Counted from the stretch's first letter, positions 1 through 8,217 are shown. The stretch is DNA of 64,000 nucleotides from Fibrobacteria bacterium (GCA_043732185.1 JAYTHY010000088.1:3410-67409); one strand, 5' to 3'. Notes: generated by a model not told the origin, from the sequence alone. Made by a program: numbers and translations.

Positions 1-206
1 TTCATATTGTCAAAAGCGGCCTTCCACGGAGCCGTTCCGGATTTGATCTTGTCCTTGATGAAATCTAACTGGGCTTGATTATTGATAATGCCTGGATGTA
101 CGAAAGCAGCACCCTTAATGCTTAGGGGAAGCAAGATGCCAATGACTAATACGGCAGGAAAATATTTAGCTTGAGACTGAAAATACCTTTTTACAAAGAC
201 TATCAT
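1..206 (-). CDS. N-terminal fragment of a secreted protein (gene runs off the left edge); possibly an alginate-lyase-like polysaccharide lyase
   Basis: Absent from the ORF track because it is truncated. A reverse-strand ATG at 206-204 opens a stop-free frame to the window edge (MIVFVKRYFQSQAKYFPAVLVIGILLPLSIKGAAFVHPGIINNQAQLDFIKDKIKSGTAPWKAAFDNM...). It has a hydrophobic signal-like segment. The HPG...Q.LD.IK..I..G..PW block recalls alginate-lyase-family N-termini, but that is a weak recollection from memory. Confidence 0.4.
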   Translation of the reverse strand, partial: MIVFVKRYFQSQAKYFPAVLVIGILLPLSIKGAAFVHPGIINNQAQLDFIKDKIKSGTAPWKAAFDNM

Positions 207-242
207 GATTTACCCCTAGAGTGCTGCATCATGAACCACAGG

Positions 243-1682
243 TCAGCACTCAGCCACGTTCACGGGGATATTCAAAGCCAGACCACCTTCCGACGTTTCT
301 TTATATTTCGAATTCATGTCCAGCGCCGTTTCCCACATGGATTTTATGACAGTGTCTAGAGTCACCTTGGCTTTAGCAGGATTGCCTTCTAGGGCCAGGT
401 GGCAGGCGGTGATGGCCTTAATCGCTCCCATGGTATTTCTTTCAATGCACGGAATCTGAACCAATCCTCCAACGGGATCGCAAGTTAAACCGAGATGATG
501 TTCCATGGCAATTTCCGCCGCCATCAATACCTTATGAATGTCTCCGCCCTGGCTTTGGGTCAAGGCGGCCGCGGCCATGGCGCTGGATACCCCAATCTCA
601 GCTTGGCAACCACCCATGGCGGCTGAAAGCGTGGACCCTTTTTTAAACAAGCTGCCTATTTCACCGGCCGTGAGCAAAAAATCTTCTATCCCGGTTTCGT
701 TACCATTGCAAAAGCAGATATAGTACATGAGCACGGCGGGAATCACGCCAGCGGCGCCATTGGTTGGAGCGGTAACGACTCTACCGAAGGATGCGTTTTG
801 TTCATTGACTGCTAGGGCAAAGCAGCTAACCCATTTTAGAATGTCTTGAAAACTTCCTCCTTGCTTTCGAATAGCATCCAGCCAAGCATCCGCATCAGCA
901 TAGGTTGCGCCTTTCAGCAAATCGCGCTGCATGGCCGGTGCCCGGCGAGTTACCTCTAATCCTCCCGGAAGGATTCCACTTGTATGACATCCCAAGTAAA
1001 TGCATTGTTTCATGGTTTCCCAAATGAGACCCAATTCCTTTTTTATGGATGCGTCCGTTCTCCAAGCTCTTTCATTTTGAAGAATGACTTCAGGTGCACG
1101 GAGACCTTGGCTTAGGCAATGCTTAAGAAGATCGTCGGCTTTCTCAATGGGAAACGGTAACGGTAGGGCGCGGCTATTTCTTATGGGAGTAAGTTCTTGA
1201 GCTATGAATCCGCCACCTATGGAGAAGTAGGTTTCCGAATAGACGGCGCCGTCCATTAATTGAGCCGTACATTTCATGCCATTGGGATGAAAGGGTAGGG
1301 AAATGTGTTTGTGAAAGATTATCCCCGTTACCGGAATAAAGACTATGGATTTTCCGGGTAGCAGGAAGAGTTGGTTCGACTCATTTAGGTTATGGATTTT
1401 TTCCGGGATGGTAGCGATATCGCAATGTGCGGGATCTTCACCCAATAGGCCCATCATTACGGCTATATCGGTGCCATGACCCTTTCCCGTTTTAGCTAAC
1501 GAGCCGTATAACTCTATCTGCAATTCCACAATATGTTCGAGCATCCCCAATTCGCGACAAGTTTGCACAAATTGCTGCGTAGCCCTCCAAGGGCCCATGG
1601 TATGCGAACTGGATGGTCCCACGCCAATTTTGAAGATATCGAAAACGCTAATGGATTCGTGCATAGACTTTGTTAATGGCAA
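243..1682 (-). CDS. sdaA: L-serine ammonia-lyase (Fe-S dependent, single-chain form)
   Basis: 479-aa ORF. The N-terminal [18 protein letters not shown] block and the full-length layout are typical of SdaA/SdaB-type serine dehydratases. Confidence 0.93.
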   Translation of the reverse strand: MPLTKSMHESISVFDIFKIGVGPSSSHTMGPWRATQQFVQTCRELGMLEHIVELQIELYGSLAKTGKGHGTDIAVMMGLLGEDPAHCDIATIPEKIHNLNESNQLFLLPGKSIVFIPVTGIIFHKHISLPFHPNGMKCTAQLMDGAVYSETYFSIGGGFIAQELTPIRNSRALPLPFPIEKADDLLKHCLSQGLRAPEVILQNERAWRTDASIKKELGLIWETMKQCIYLGCHTSGILPGGLEVTRRAPAMQRDLLKGATYADADAWLDAIRKQGGSFQDILKWVSCFALAVNEQNASFGRVVTAPTNGAAGVIPAVLMYYICFCNGNETGIEDFLLTAGEIGSLFKKGSTLSAAMGGCQAEIGVSSAMAAAALTQSQGGDIHKVLMAAEIAMEHHLGLTCDPVGGLVQIPCIERNTMGAIKAITACHLALEGNPAKAKVTLDTVIKSMWETALDMNSKYKETSEGGLALNIPVNVAEC

Positions 1683-1911
1683 GGTGCTTAATTCCTACAT
1701 TTCTGGCAATTCCGCTTGGGTCACGTAAAAATGTTCGCTTAACCTCACCTAAATAGGGGTGAAGGAACGGACATAATGAGGCAGAAATGTCATAATCGAA
1801 TAGCAATCGTGCTTGGGTAGTAAAGCATCGAACATGTTTTAGCATGGGTCTGAGATTTGATGGACTTCGAATAACGCGTAAATATTCAATTGCCCCTCAG
1901 GAGGATTCTTT

Positions 1912-2790
1912 TTGAATTTGCGAAACGTATCGGGTGTAGGAACAGACTCATGCCCTATGAGAATTTCCCATCTGTTCTTATTCCTCTTAGCCCTCAGTTT
2001 TCCGGTCTCTCCACTTGGCGCTCCAATCTCTACATCGTGGGAGAAGTGGGCCGCGTATCAGGACTCAAGTCAAAAGCAGCTGAACTATGGCCCATGGAAG
2101 GTTTTTCTTGCAACTTACCTTGACACAACCTCCAAAGACCAGATAAATCGACTCCGATATGGCAAAGTATCGAAACGGGATCGGGCTGTTTTGGAATCCT
2201 TTCTTGAGGTATTGCAAGGAGAGACAATACGTACTTTGAACAGGCAGGAGCAAAAAGCCTTTTGGATGAATCTATACAATGCGATGACGGTTGCCGTGGT
2301 TCTTCGGGCCTATCCCATCGGCAGCATTCGCGAGATCGAACTTCCCAACAGCGTATCCAAAGCTGGTCCATGGGATGCTAAAATCATGCGCGTCGAAGGC
2401 GTCGAACTCTCACTCAATGATATCGAACATCAAATTTTGCGACCCCTTTGGAAAGACAATCGGGTCCATTTCGCTTTGAATTGCGCCAGCCTGGGTTGCC
2501 CCAATCTGGCTCCTGTTCCCTTCACAGCAGCGAACTCGCAAGCCTTACTGAATAGAGGCACCAAATATTTTATTCAATCTGAACGCGGTTCTTCTTTTGA
2601 CGGCAAGACTCTGGTCCTCTCCAGTATTTTCGATTGGTACAAGGAAGATTTTGGATCCGATCGCGACAAGGTGGTCGAATTCATCTCCCTATATTCCGAT
2701 CCTGTGATTCGGAAAAAGCTTGAGGATTTCAAAGGTGGAATGAAGTACCAGTATGATTGGAAGCTGAACGATGCCGTGCCTCGGCCCTGA
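1912..2790 (+). CDS. DUF547 domain-containing protein (exported?)
   Basis: TTG start 7 nt after AGGAGG (1899-1904). A hydrophobic segment LFLFLLALSFPVSPLG is present. The FWMNLYNA...DIEH..LRP...D.RVHFALNCASLGCPNL blocks are characteristic of DUF547. Confidence 0.8.
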   Translation: MNLRNVSGVGTDSCPMRISHLFLFLLALSFPVSPLGAPISTSWEKWAAYQDSSQKQLNYGPWKVFLATYLDTTSKDQINRLRYGKVSKRDRAVLESFLEVLQGETIRTLNRQEQKAFWMNLYNAMTVAVVLRAYPIGSIREIELPNSVSKAGPWDAKIMRVEGVELSLNDIEHQILRPLWKDNRVHFALNCASLGCPNLAPVPFTAANSQALLNRGTKYFIQSERGSSFDGKTLVLSSIFDWYKEDFGSDRDKVVEFISLYSDPVIRKKLEDFKGGMKYQYDWKLNDAVPRP

Positions 2791-2875
2791 GTAGGTTTGG
2801 GTCCCCGTCCATGGGGATGCGTCGATGTTCGTTTTTTCTTGAAACGTTTCGCTGAATGTCAGAGACTCAGGGAGC

Positions 2876-3703
2876 ATGAATAAAGTTCCGCAATGCTTCC
2901 TATTCCTTTTCGCCGGATTGTTTTCATTCACACGGACCCAGGGTGAAAGCTTTCGAATTTCCGGACTGGCCGTGGGTATTGGAGACTGGATAAACGTCTC
3001 GGACCGGGATTGGAGCACACGGGAGGATTACGGAACCTTGCCTGCAGCCTCCTTGTATTGGGCTGGGTGGGGCTGGAACGGCAGCTTGGGCGTCCCATTG
3101 AAATCCTCATTCAAACGGATTGGGCATAAGACACGCTACTCGCTAGGTGACGGTGAAATATCGGTGGGGAAGCGAATCGGCGCGTGGTCTCCCAGGATGT
3201 CCCTGAAATTCCCTGCCTATGATTGGTCCGTGGCGCATCCGGGAGTGAACGAACTGTATATCGGAAGTGGCACCTGGGATTTGGCTGTAGGGTTGGGCGG
3301 ACGCATTCCAAATAGCTTTCTCTCCAAGCGGCTTACCCTTCAATTCGACATCGAGGGGTCCACGGTTCTGGCGACCGGATTGGCTGACTACGGTTCGTAC
3401 AAAGGCCTTGGTGCCTTCCAGGCTTCGTATGCTTTGGGCAGCCGTTGGAAGGCAGGGATGACCACACTCTTTCTTTTCGATCACTGGATCTGGATCCCGA
3501 ATTATTGGGATCAGGAGGGAGAAACCAAATTTTCCATTGTACCCGGAGCCGTCGTAGGAGTCAGGATTTTCCAATCCACCTATTTGGATGCTAAAGCCGG
3601 TTGGGGCTTGTATGAATACAAGAAGTTGATCCGTCCAAAGTATGCGACTCTAAGCCAGGACTCATATCACTTCGGCATCTCCATTTATCAAGCTTTCAAA
3701 TGA
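2876..3703 (+). CDS. hypothetical exported protein, possibly an outer-membrane beta-barrel
   Basis: 275 aa with an N-terminal signal-like sequence (CFLFLFAGLFSFTRTQG). Alternating aromatic/Gly-rich strand-like segments run throughout. No recognisable catalytic motif. The 3' end overlaps the convergent DUF2063 gene by 42 nt. Confidence 0.5.
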   Translation: MNKVPQCFLFLFAGLFSFTRTQGESFRISGLAVGIGDWINVSDRDWSTREDYGTLPAASLYWAGWGWNGSLGVPLKSSFKRIGHKTRYSLGDGEISVGKRIGAWSPRMSLKFPAYDWSVAHPGVNELYIGSGTWDLAVGLGGRIPNSFLSKRLTLQFDIEGSTVLATGLADYGSYKGLGAFQASYALGSRWKAGMTTLFLFDHWIWIPNYWDQEGETKFSIVPGAVVGVRIFQSTYLDAKAGWGLYEYKKLIRPKYATLSQDSYHFGISIYQAFK

Positions 3704-4486
3704 AGGCTGCTCGAACCATTTTAGGCGCGTCCAGGTTTCGAACCAAGAGGGAATCTTGGACATCAAAGAGTTTACCTCCGGGGAATCAAGATTTTCGGCC
3801 ACAGCTTCACATGCCAAACCCAGGGGCTGGCCCGCGCGTAGCCTGTTCAACAGGTGGAATGGAATCGGATCCAGTTCTTTCCACTCTACATCATTCCCAT
3901 TTCTAAAAACCGCCCAATAACCCTTCCTGTCCAGGACAATCGGAACTTCATTCTTTTTTTCCTCCAAGGCCGTGCGGCATTCCATCAGGTTCCAGTCCTC
4001 TTCCAGCAGGGAAAAACATGGCTGAAAAACCAGGGAAGTGTCGGCCAGTATTTCCAATTCTCGTGGGGAGAGTTTGCTCGGGTCCAAGGGGAAAACAACA
4101 GGTGCATGAAAGGCATTCAGCATGGCTATTTCCAGGGCAGCGATTTGTATGAGTTGGGGTGTATTGTAAATCACACTGGTTTTTAAAAATTCCACGAACC
4201 CATTGGGCAAGTTTTGGAGATAGGGCGAGCGGGAAGGATGCTGATCCAGAAAGGCCGTTGCAAGTTGATTGAATTTCCAAAGGCCCATGGTCCCGGCCAG
4301 CAGGGGAAAATCCTGTTGGAGAACTGTCATTAGGCGATACCAATATTGCTCATTGTATACCACTAGTCGATCTATTCTGGATTGGAATCGGCCGGTGGAA
4401 AAGGAGAATGGCGTTCGGATCAATTTACCGAATTGTTCCTGGATTAGAACCAGTTCGAGTGGTGGGATCCTTTTTTCCATTTTCAA
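3662..4486 (-). CDS. DUF2063-family protein (MNIO partner, BufC/HvfC-like)
   Basis: 274-aa ORF directly abutting the DUF692 gene. The track start is a TTG at 4486 that overlaps the upstream TGA. An alternative ATG at 4480 lies 2 nt after that stop. Size and position match the DUF2063 partner found next to DUF692 enzymes. The family call is by context plus general sequence character. Confidence 0.65.
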   Translation of the reverse strand: MKMEKRIPPLELVLIQEQFGKLIRTPFSFSTGRFQSRIDRLVVYNEQYWYRLMTVLQQDFPLLAGTMGLWKFNQLATAFLDQHPSRSPYLQNLPNGFVEFLKTSVIYNTPQLIQIAALEIAMLNAFHAPVVFPLDPSKLSPRELEILADTSLVFQPCFSLLEEDWNLMECRTALEEKKNEVPIVLDRKGYWAVFRNGNDVEWKELDPIPFHLLNRLRAGQPLGLACEAVAENLDSPEVNSLMSKIPSWFETWTRLKWFEQPSFESLINGDAEVI

Positions 4487-5304
4487 CAGGCCACCTGGTA
4501 GTCGCGGGCCCGCAGCGCTTCGGCATGCAGCTCTGGAAATGGGGGGATTTTATCATCCCGTTCCAGCAAGGTCGGAAATCCGCCGGAAATATTCCATGCA
4601 TGTCCATACAATTCCCAAACCTCGCGGCGCACTTTTTCCTCATGGGTGTCGAGGAGGGTGCCATCCTGTTTTTCAGTGTGACCGGCGATATGGCATTGTA
4701 AAACTTTGTCCCAGCGAATGGAATCCAGATACCTTCGGGCGTCAAACCCATGATTCACGGAAGAGACGAATACGTTATTGATATCCAGCATGTACCCACA
4801 TCCGGAAAGTTCCACCACTCGATTGTAAAAATCCGATTCTTCCATTTCGCTTTCCTTGAAGCTCGCGTAACTCGATAGATTCTCCAATCCGAAAGGAATG
4901 CCGATGAAATCCTGAACTTCGGAAATCCGTTCTGCTATGTACCGCGCATTTTCCTCCGTGTACGGTACAGGAAGGAGGTCGTGGTGATGGATTCCATGGG
5001 TGGAAGTCCAGCAAAGGTGATCGGTGAAATATGGTGTTGCAGTCATTACGGTGAGAGCTTTCAAACGATCCAAATAGGAATAATCCAAAGGATCAGTTGA
5101 AGCGATGCCCAAGCTGACACCGTGGAGCACGACAGGATAGGTGGAAAGAATTCGCTCAAGATTCCGTTTTGGAAGCGGCGCATCGCCCATGAAGTTTTCC
5201 GATACAATTTCGAAAAATTCCACTTTCGGCCATTCGGAAAAGATGTGGCGGTAATGCGGCAATCGCAAGCCTAGTCCTATAGCGTTTCGTGGAATTCTGT
5301 TCAT
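4483..5304 (-). CDS. DUF692 / multinuclear non-haem iron oxidase (MNIO, MbnB/TglH/BufB family)
   Basis: The blocks GLGLRLPHYRHI...VEFFEIVSENFM...LHGVSLGIAS...YFTDHLCW...HHDLLPVPYTEE are typical of UPF0276/DUF692. I moved the start to the ATG at 5304. The track start at 5463 would overlap the precursor gene by about 100 nt and read through the 13-bp hairpin. Confidence 0.85.
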   Translation of the reverse strand: MNRIPRNAIGLGLRLPHYRHIFSEWPKVEFFEIVSENFMGDAPLPKRNLERILSTYPVVLHGVSLGIASTDPLDYSYLDRLKALTVMTATPYFTDHLCWTSTHGIHHHDLLPVPYTEENARYIAERISEVQDFIGIPFGLENLSSYASFKESEMEESDFYNRVVELSGCGYMLDINNVFVSSVNHGFDARRYLDSIRWDKVLQCHIAGHTEKQDGTLLDTHEEKVRREVWELYGHAWNISGGFPTLLERDDKIPPFPELHAEALRARDYQVAC

Positions 5305-5318
5305 GGAGTTTTCAATAC

Positions 5319-5360
5319 GGCTCCTCCGCTTTACCGCTATCGGATTTAAGCGGAGGAGCC
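5319..5360 (-). promoter_or_regulatory. perfect 13-bp stem / 16-nt loop intercistronic hairpin between the precursor gene and the MNIO gene
   Basis: GGCTCCTCCGCTT (5319-5331) and AAGCGGAGGAGCC (5348-5360) are exact reverse complements. The hairpin lies 6 nt after the precursor stop (5367-5369) and 14 nt before the MNIO ATG (5304). No strong U-tract follows it on the mRNA. Confidence 0.7.
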
Positions 5361-5366
5361 ATTGGT

Positions 5367-5666
5367 TCAGGACTCGATACAGCTCCCGCCCTTGCAGGCG
5401 GAATGGCCTTTGCACTCGTGTTGCGCAACGCCCTTTCCTTCCTGGTAGCTGTGGCCTTTGCACTCATTCAGGGACTGGCACTCATGGGTCTTGAAGGTGC
5501 CCCCCAATTTGGTACACTCCGTTTGGAAGTCGGCCAGGGTCTTGGCTGCGACGATGCCGTTCATAGTCGCTGGCGCGCTGGAAGTACTGTTTTCGCATGC
5601 CGTAAAAGTAAAGCTGCCAGCCATCATTCCTGCGATGGCGAGACGGGTTAGTGATCGCTTATCCAT
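5367..5666 (-). CDS. exported Cys-rich RiPP precursor candidate (bufferin/DUF2282-like), probable lipoprotein signal
   Basis: 99 aa. AAGGAG (5674-5679, minus strand) sits 7 nt upstream of the ATG. The signal peptide MDKRSLTRLAIAGMMAGSFTFTAC has a relaxed lipobox (FTAC). The C-terminal half carries 6 further Cys and a duplicated ECKGHS motif (NECKGHSYQEGKGVAQHECKGHSACKGGSCIES). It lies immediately upstream of the DUF692 and DUF2063 genes. Confidence 0.75.
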   Translation of the reverse strand: MDKRSLTRLAIAGMMAGSFTFTACENSTSSAPATMNGIVAAKTLADFQTECTKLGGTFKTHECQSLNECKGHSYQEGKGVAQHECKGHSACKGGSCIES

Positions 5667-5759
5667 TCTTAATCTCCTTATCAGGAACCCGGAATTGGGT
5701 TCGCCAATGTGTCTTTGTCGTTACGCAAAATGTTTCAAACAAAATGATCGACTCCTTCA

Positions 5760-6407
5760 TCAAAAAGTATTTTCCATGATCGCCTGCGGAAACTGAGACC
5801 GGATTTTTTCGACGATCAAACATCTGGCTCGATGCAGTCTCACCCGGACCAGGGATTTGGTAATGCCCAGTTCGAGTGAGGTTTCTTCACCGCTGAGTCC
5901 CTCGAAATCCCTGAGGTAATGGACGTCACGGTATTTCCTATCTAATTTTGCCGCGGCAAATTCCACCATCCGCACCAGCTCCAATTGCATGAGGACGCTG
6001 TCAGGCAAGGGATCTTTCGATTCAATATTTTCAAGGACATGGGATTGGGTAGTGGGCGAATTTACCTTACGGTATTTTTCGGCCAACTTGTCGCAAATCT
6101 TATGGTAGGCCAGGGAAAAAATCCAGGTGGACAACTTACACCGGCCTTCGAATCCGGGAAGCCCTCGATGCACGGCAATGTAGGTTTCTTGCAGGATCTC
6201 CTCTACGGCGCATGAGTCTGGAAAATATCGATGCACATAGGAGGACAATGGGGCATAGGTTTGGTTGAAAAGGTGGCTGAATGCTCTTTCGCATCCAGGG
6301 GTCTCGGAGCGCACCTCATTCAGGAAAGATGCCGTATTGATCTCCAGGAAAGGTTCGCTCGGTTCGCGAAATTTTTTCCCGGACGCGAAAGATTTGGGTA
6401 CTACCAC
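5760..6407 (-). CDS. ECF-type RNA polymerase sigma-70 family factor
   Basis: 215 aa. The region 2 block EEILQETYIAVHRGLPGFEGRCKLSTWIFSLAYHKICD and the region 4 block RDFEGLSGEETSLELGITKSLVRVRLHRAR are present. It lies 93 nt upstream of the precursor gene on the same strand. Confidence 0.85.
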   Translation of the reverse strand: MVVPKSFASGKKFREPSEPFLEINTASFLNEVRSETPGCERAFSHLFNQTYAPLSSYVHRYFPDSCAVEEILQETYIAVHRGLPGFEGRCKLSTWIFSLAYHKICDKLAEKYRKVNSPTTQSHVLENIESKDPLPDSVLMQLELVRMVEFAAAKLDRKYRDVHYLRDFEGLSGEETSLELGITKSLVRVRLHRARCLIVEKIRSQFPQAIMENTF

Positions 6408-6437
6408 AAGCTGTTCCTCGGAATTGGATCCGCATCC

Positions 6438-6460
6438 CTATTGAAACTATTGAAACTATC
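6438..6460. repeat. 9-bp tandem direct repeat (CTATTGAAA x2.5) in a divergent intergenic region
   Basis: ctattgaaa at 6438-6446, ctattgaaa at 6447-6455, then a partial copy ctatc. It lies between the ECF sigma start (6407) and the TIGR02147 gene start (6633). Confidence 0.6.
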
Positions 6461-6632
6461 TCAATGCCTTTGCATAAGATATCTTTCATAGAAATGCGAT
6501 TCTTCCATTTCCATGCAATATCCGTATTCAAATGTTAACGGCAGTTCCGACGGCCCTATAGCCTTACCTCCACTTGGCGGTTATACTTATCGGGTGCCTT
6601 CGAACCAAAGGTAGGGACAGGAAAATGCAGTT

Positions 6633-7472
6633 ATGAGTCCTTCTACGGTCGAGCCGGATGTCCTCCATTACTCGGATTACCGGACCTTTCTCCGAGATCT
6701 TTATGATTTCAGAAAGTCCCGGCAACCTTCGTTCTCCTACCGGTATTTTGCCCAAAAGGCTGGCATCGGCAGTCCCAACTACCTGAAGCTGGTCATGGAC
6801 GGAGAGCGAAATCTGACCAAAAAAAGCCTGGTGAAATTCCAATCCGCCTTGGGCCTCAAAAGCAGAAGGGCGGAATTCTTCGAGAATTTGGTATTTTTCA
6901 ACCAGGCTACCACAATTTCGGAGCGGAATATCTACTATGAAAACATCCTCAAGGTGCGCACCCGGTCGGGTCTTAGAAAGCTTGAGGAAAACCAGTTCCA
7001 ATTGTTTACGGACTGGCGACATATCGTGATTCGAGAGATGGTGGCGCTTAAGGGGTTTCGGCCGGATCCCCACTGGATACTTCGGAAGTTAGGCAAGGGA
7101 TTCACAGTGAAGCAGATTGAAGAATCACTGGCTCTCCTTTCCAATATGGGGCTCCTCAAACGGACGGCCAACGGTGTCGCCCAAAGTGACGTCAACATTA
7201 CCACCTCCGATGAAGTACGTTCTCTACTGATCAAGAACTATCACCGGCAGATGATGCAAAAGGCTCTCACCGTGCTGGATACTCTGCCCGCCTCCCAAAG
7301 AGACATTTCCAGCATCACCATCCCAATCCATGCCCGGGATTTCATCAAGGTCAAGGAACTCATCCAGCTTATGCGCAAGGAGTTGTTGAATCTGGGTGCT
7401 GATTCCGGTGAGGGCGGAGAAGTGGTGCATATCAATATTCAGCTTTTCCCTCTGACGGGCATGCAGGATTGA
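6633..7472 (+). CDS. TIGR02147-family protein (Fibrobacter-type paralogous family, HTH-like N-terminus)
   Basis: 279 aa. The N-terminal block YSDYRTFLRDLYDFRKSRQPSFSYRYFAQKAGIGSPNYLKLVMDGERNLT is the hallmark of this family. It is clearly paralogous to the ORF at 63039-63914. Confidence 0.75.
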   Translation: MSPSTVEPDVLHYSDYRTFLRDLYDFRKSRQPSFSYRYFAQKAGIGSPNYLKLVMDGERNLTKKSLVKFQSALGLKSRRAEFFENLVFFNQATTISERNIYYENILKVRTRSGLRKLEENQFQLFTDWRHIVIREMVALKGFRPDPHWILRKLGKGFTVKQIEESLALLSNMGLLKRTANGVAQSDVNITTSDEVRSLLIKNYHRQMMQKALTVLDTLPASQRDISSITIPIHARDFIKVKELIQLMRKELLNLGADSGEGGEVVHINIQLFPLTGMQD

Positions 7473-7473
7473 C

Positions 7474-8184
7474 GTGATGCGTTATCGCTTAGTCTGGATG
7501 CTCTTCGCAGGCCTGCTTTCAGGATGCCTATTCGAAAGGCTGGCCGGGACGGAAGTGGGTAACCCTGAAGTTACCGTTTCCGCCCGTTTCGGATTCATTG
7601 GAGCGGACAGTCTTGCCCTTATCTCCAGTATGGATATGATGGTCATGAAAATGGAATATCGCATGCCCGATAGTTCCCGGGACTCGATCTGGAATTACCC
7701 GGCCGGTATGGAGGTGGATCTGGCTTCACCTGTAACCGCGTTGAACCTGCCATCGGTGAAAGTCGCAAGTGCCGGATGGACTTCCGCAGAGTTGATGCTC
7801 GTTGCCAGCTACGGTGACTCGACGTTACCTGATTCGATAGCCTATAAAGACTATTCCAATCCAAGATTTATAAAGCTCATTAAAAAAATGAACGGGGACT
7901 CGATCCGTTTTCTTTTTGAGCTGCCAGAGGGAATGCATATGAAGCTCCAATTCGATTCGAGCAGGTTGCAAAGGTGGCAAACTGGAAACAAAGTTTCCGT
8001 TGAGATCCTCTTCGACTGTGCAAAATGGACTTCGGCGATTTCCGCTCAAGCCTACCAGATTCGTTTGGATGGGGCGGGGAAGCCCTACGTACTGGTCAGC
8101 CCCAGCGAAAACGTAGGACTCCATACGCTCCTGAAATCCCTGTTTCCGCAGTGCTTCCTAGCGGACGGCGCGCAGTTTATGTGA
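7474..8184 (+). CDS. hypothetical lipoprotein
   Basis: 236 aa. A GTG at 7474 or an ATG at 7477 lies 1-4 nt after the upstream stop. The lipobox is LFAGLLSGC. No recognisable domain. Confidence 0.6.
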   Translation: MMRYRLVWMLFAGLLSGCLFERLAGTEVGNPEVTVSARFGFIGADSLALISSMDMMVMKMEYRMPDSSRDSIWNYPAGMEVDLASPVTALNLPSVKVASAGWTSAELMLVASYGDSTLPDSIAYKDYSNPRFIKLIKKMNGDSIRFLFELPEGMHMKLQFDSSRLQRWQTGNKVSVEILFDCAKWTSAISAQAYQIRLDGAGKPYVLVSPSENVGLHTLLKSLFPQCFLADGAQFM

Positions 8185-8217
8185 AGGTTTCTTACTCGCC
8201 AGACCGTTCTTTTGGGT

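Noticed and set aside
2802-2840. Possible terminator after the DUF547 gene (TCCCC...GGGGA)
   Set aside because: The stem is only 5 bp and the T-run lies about 15 nt away from it. This is not a convincing intrinsic terminator.
5305-5463. Long version of the DUF692 ORF starting at 5463
   Set aside because: It would overlap the precursor gene by about 100 nt in another frame and translate through the 13-bp hairpin. DUF692 similarity only begins near Met54 (NAIGLGLRLPHY).
5667-5759. ECF-type promoter (TGAAAC -35) upstream of the precursor gene
   Set aside because: TTTGAAAC occurs on the correct strand, but no CGT-type -10 lies 16-17 nt downstream. A 6-7-mer match is expected by chance several times in 64 kb.
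6564-7073. 169-aa ORF antisense to the TIGR02147 gene, and similarly 35171-35686 antisense to the 187-aa hypothetical gene
   Set aside because: The sense-strand partners have a family hallmark (6633-7472) or operon-consistent orientation with tight spacing (35183-35746). The antisense products have no signal or motif.
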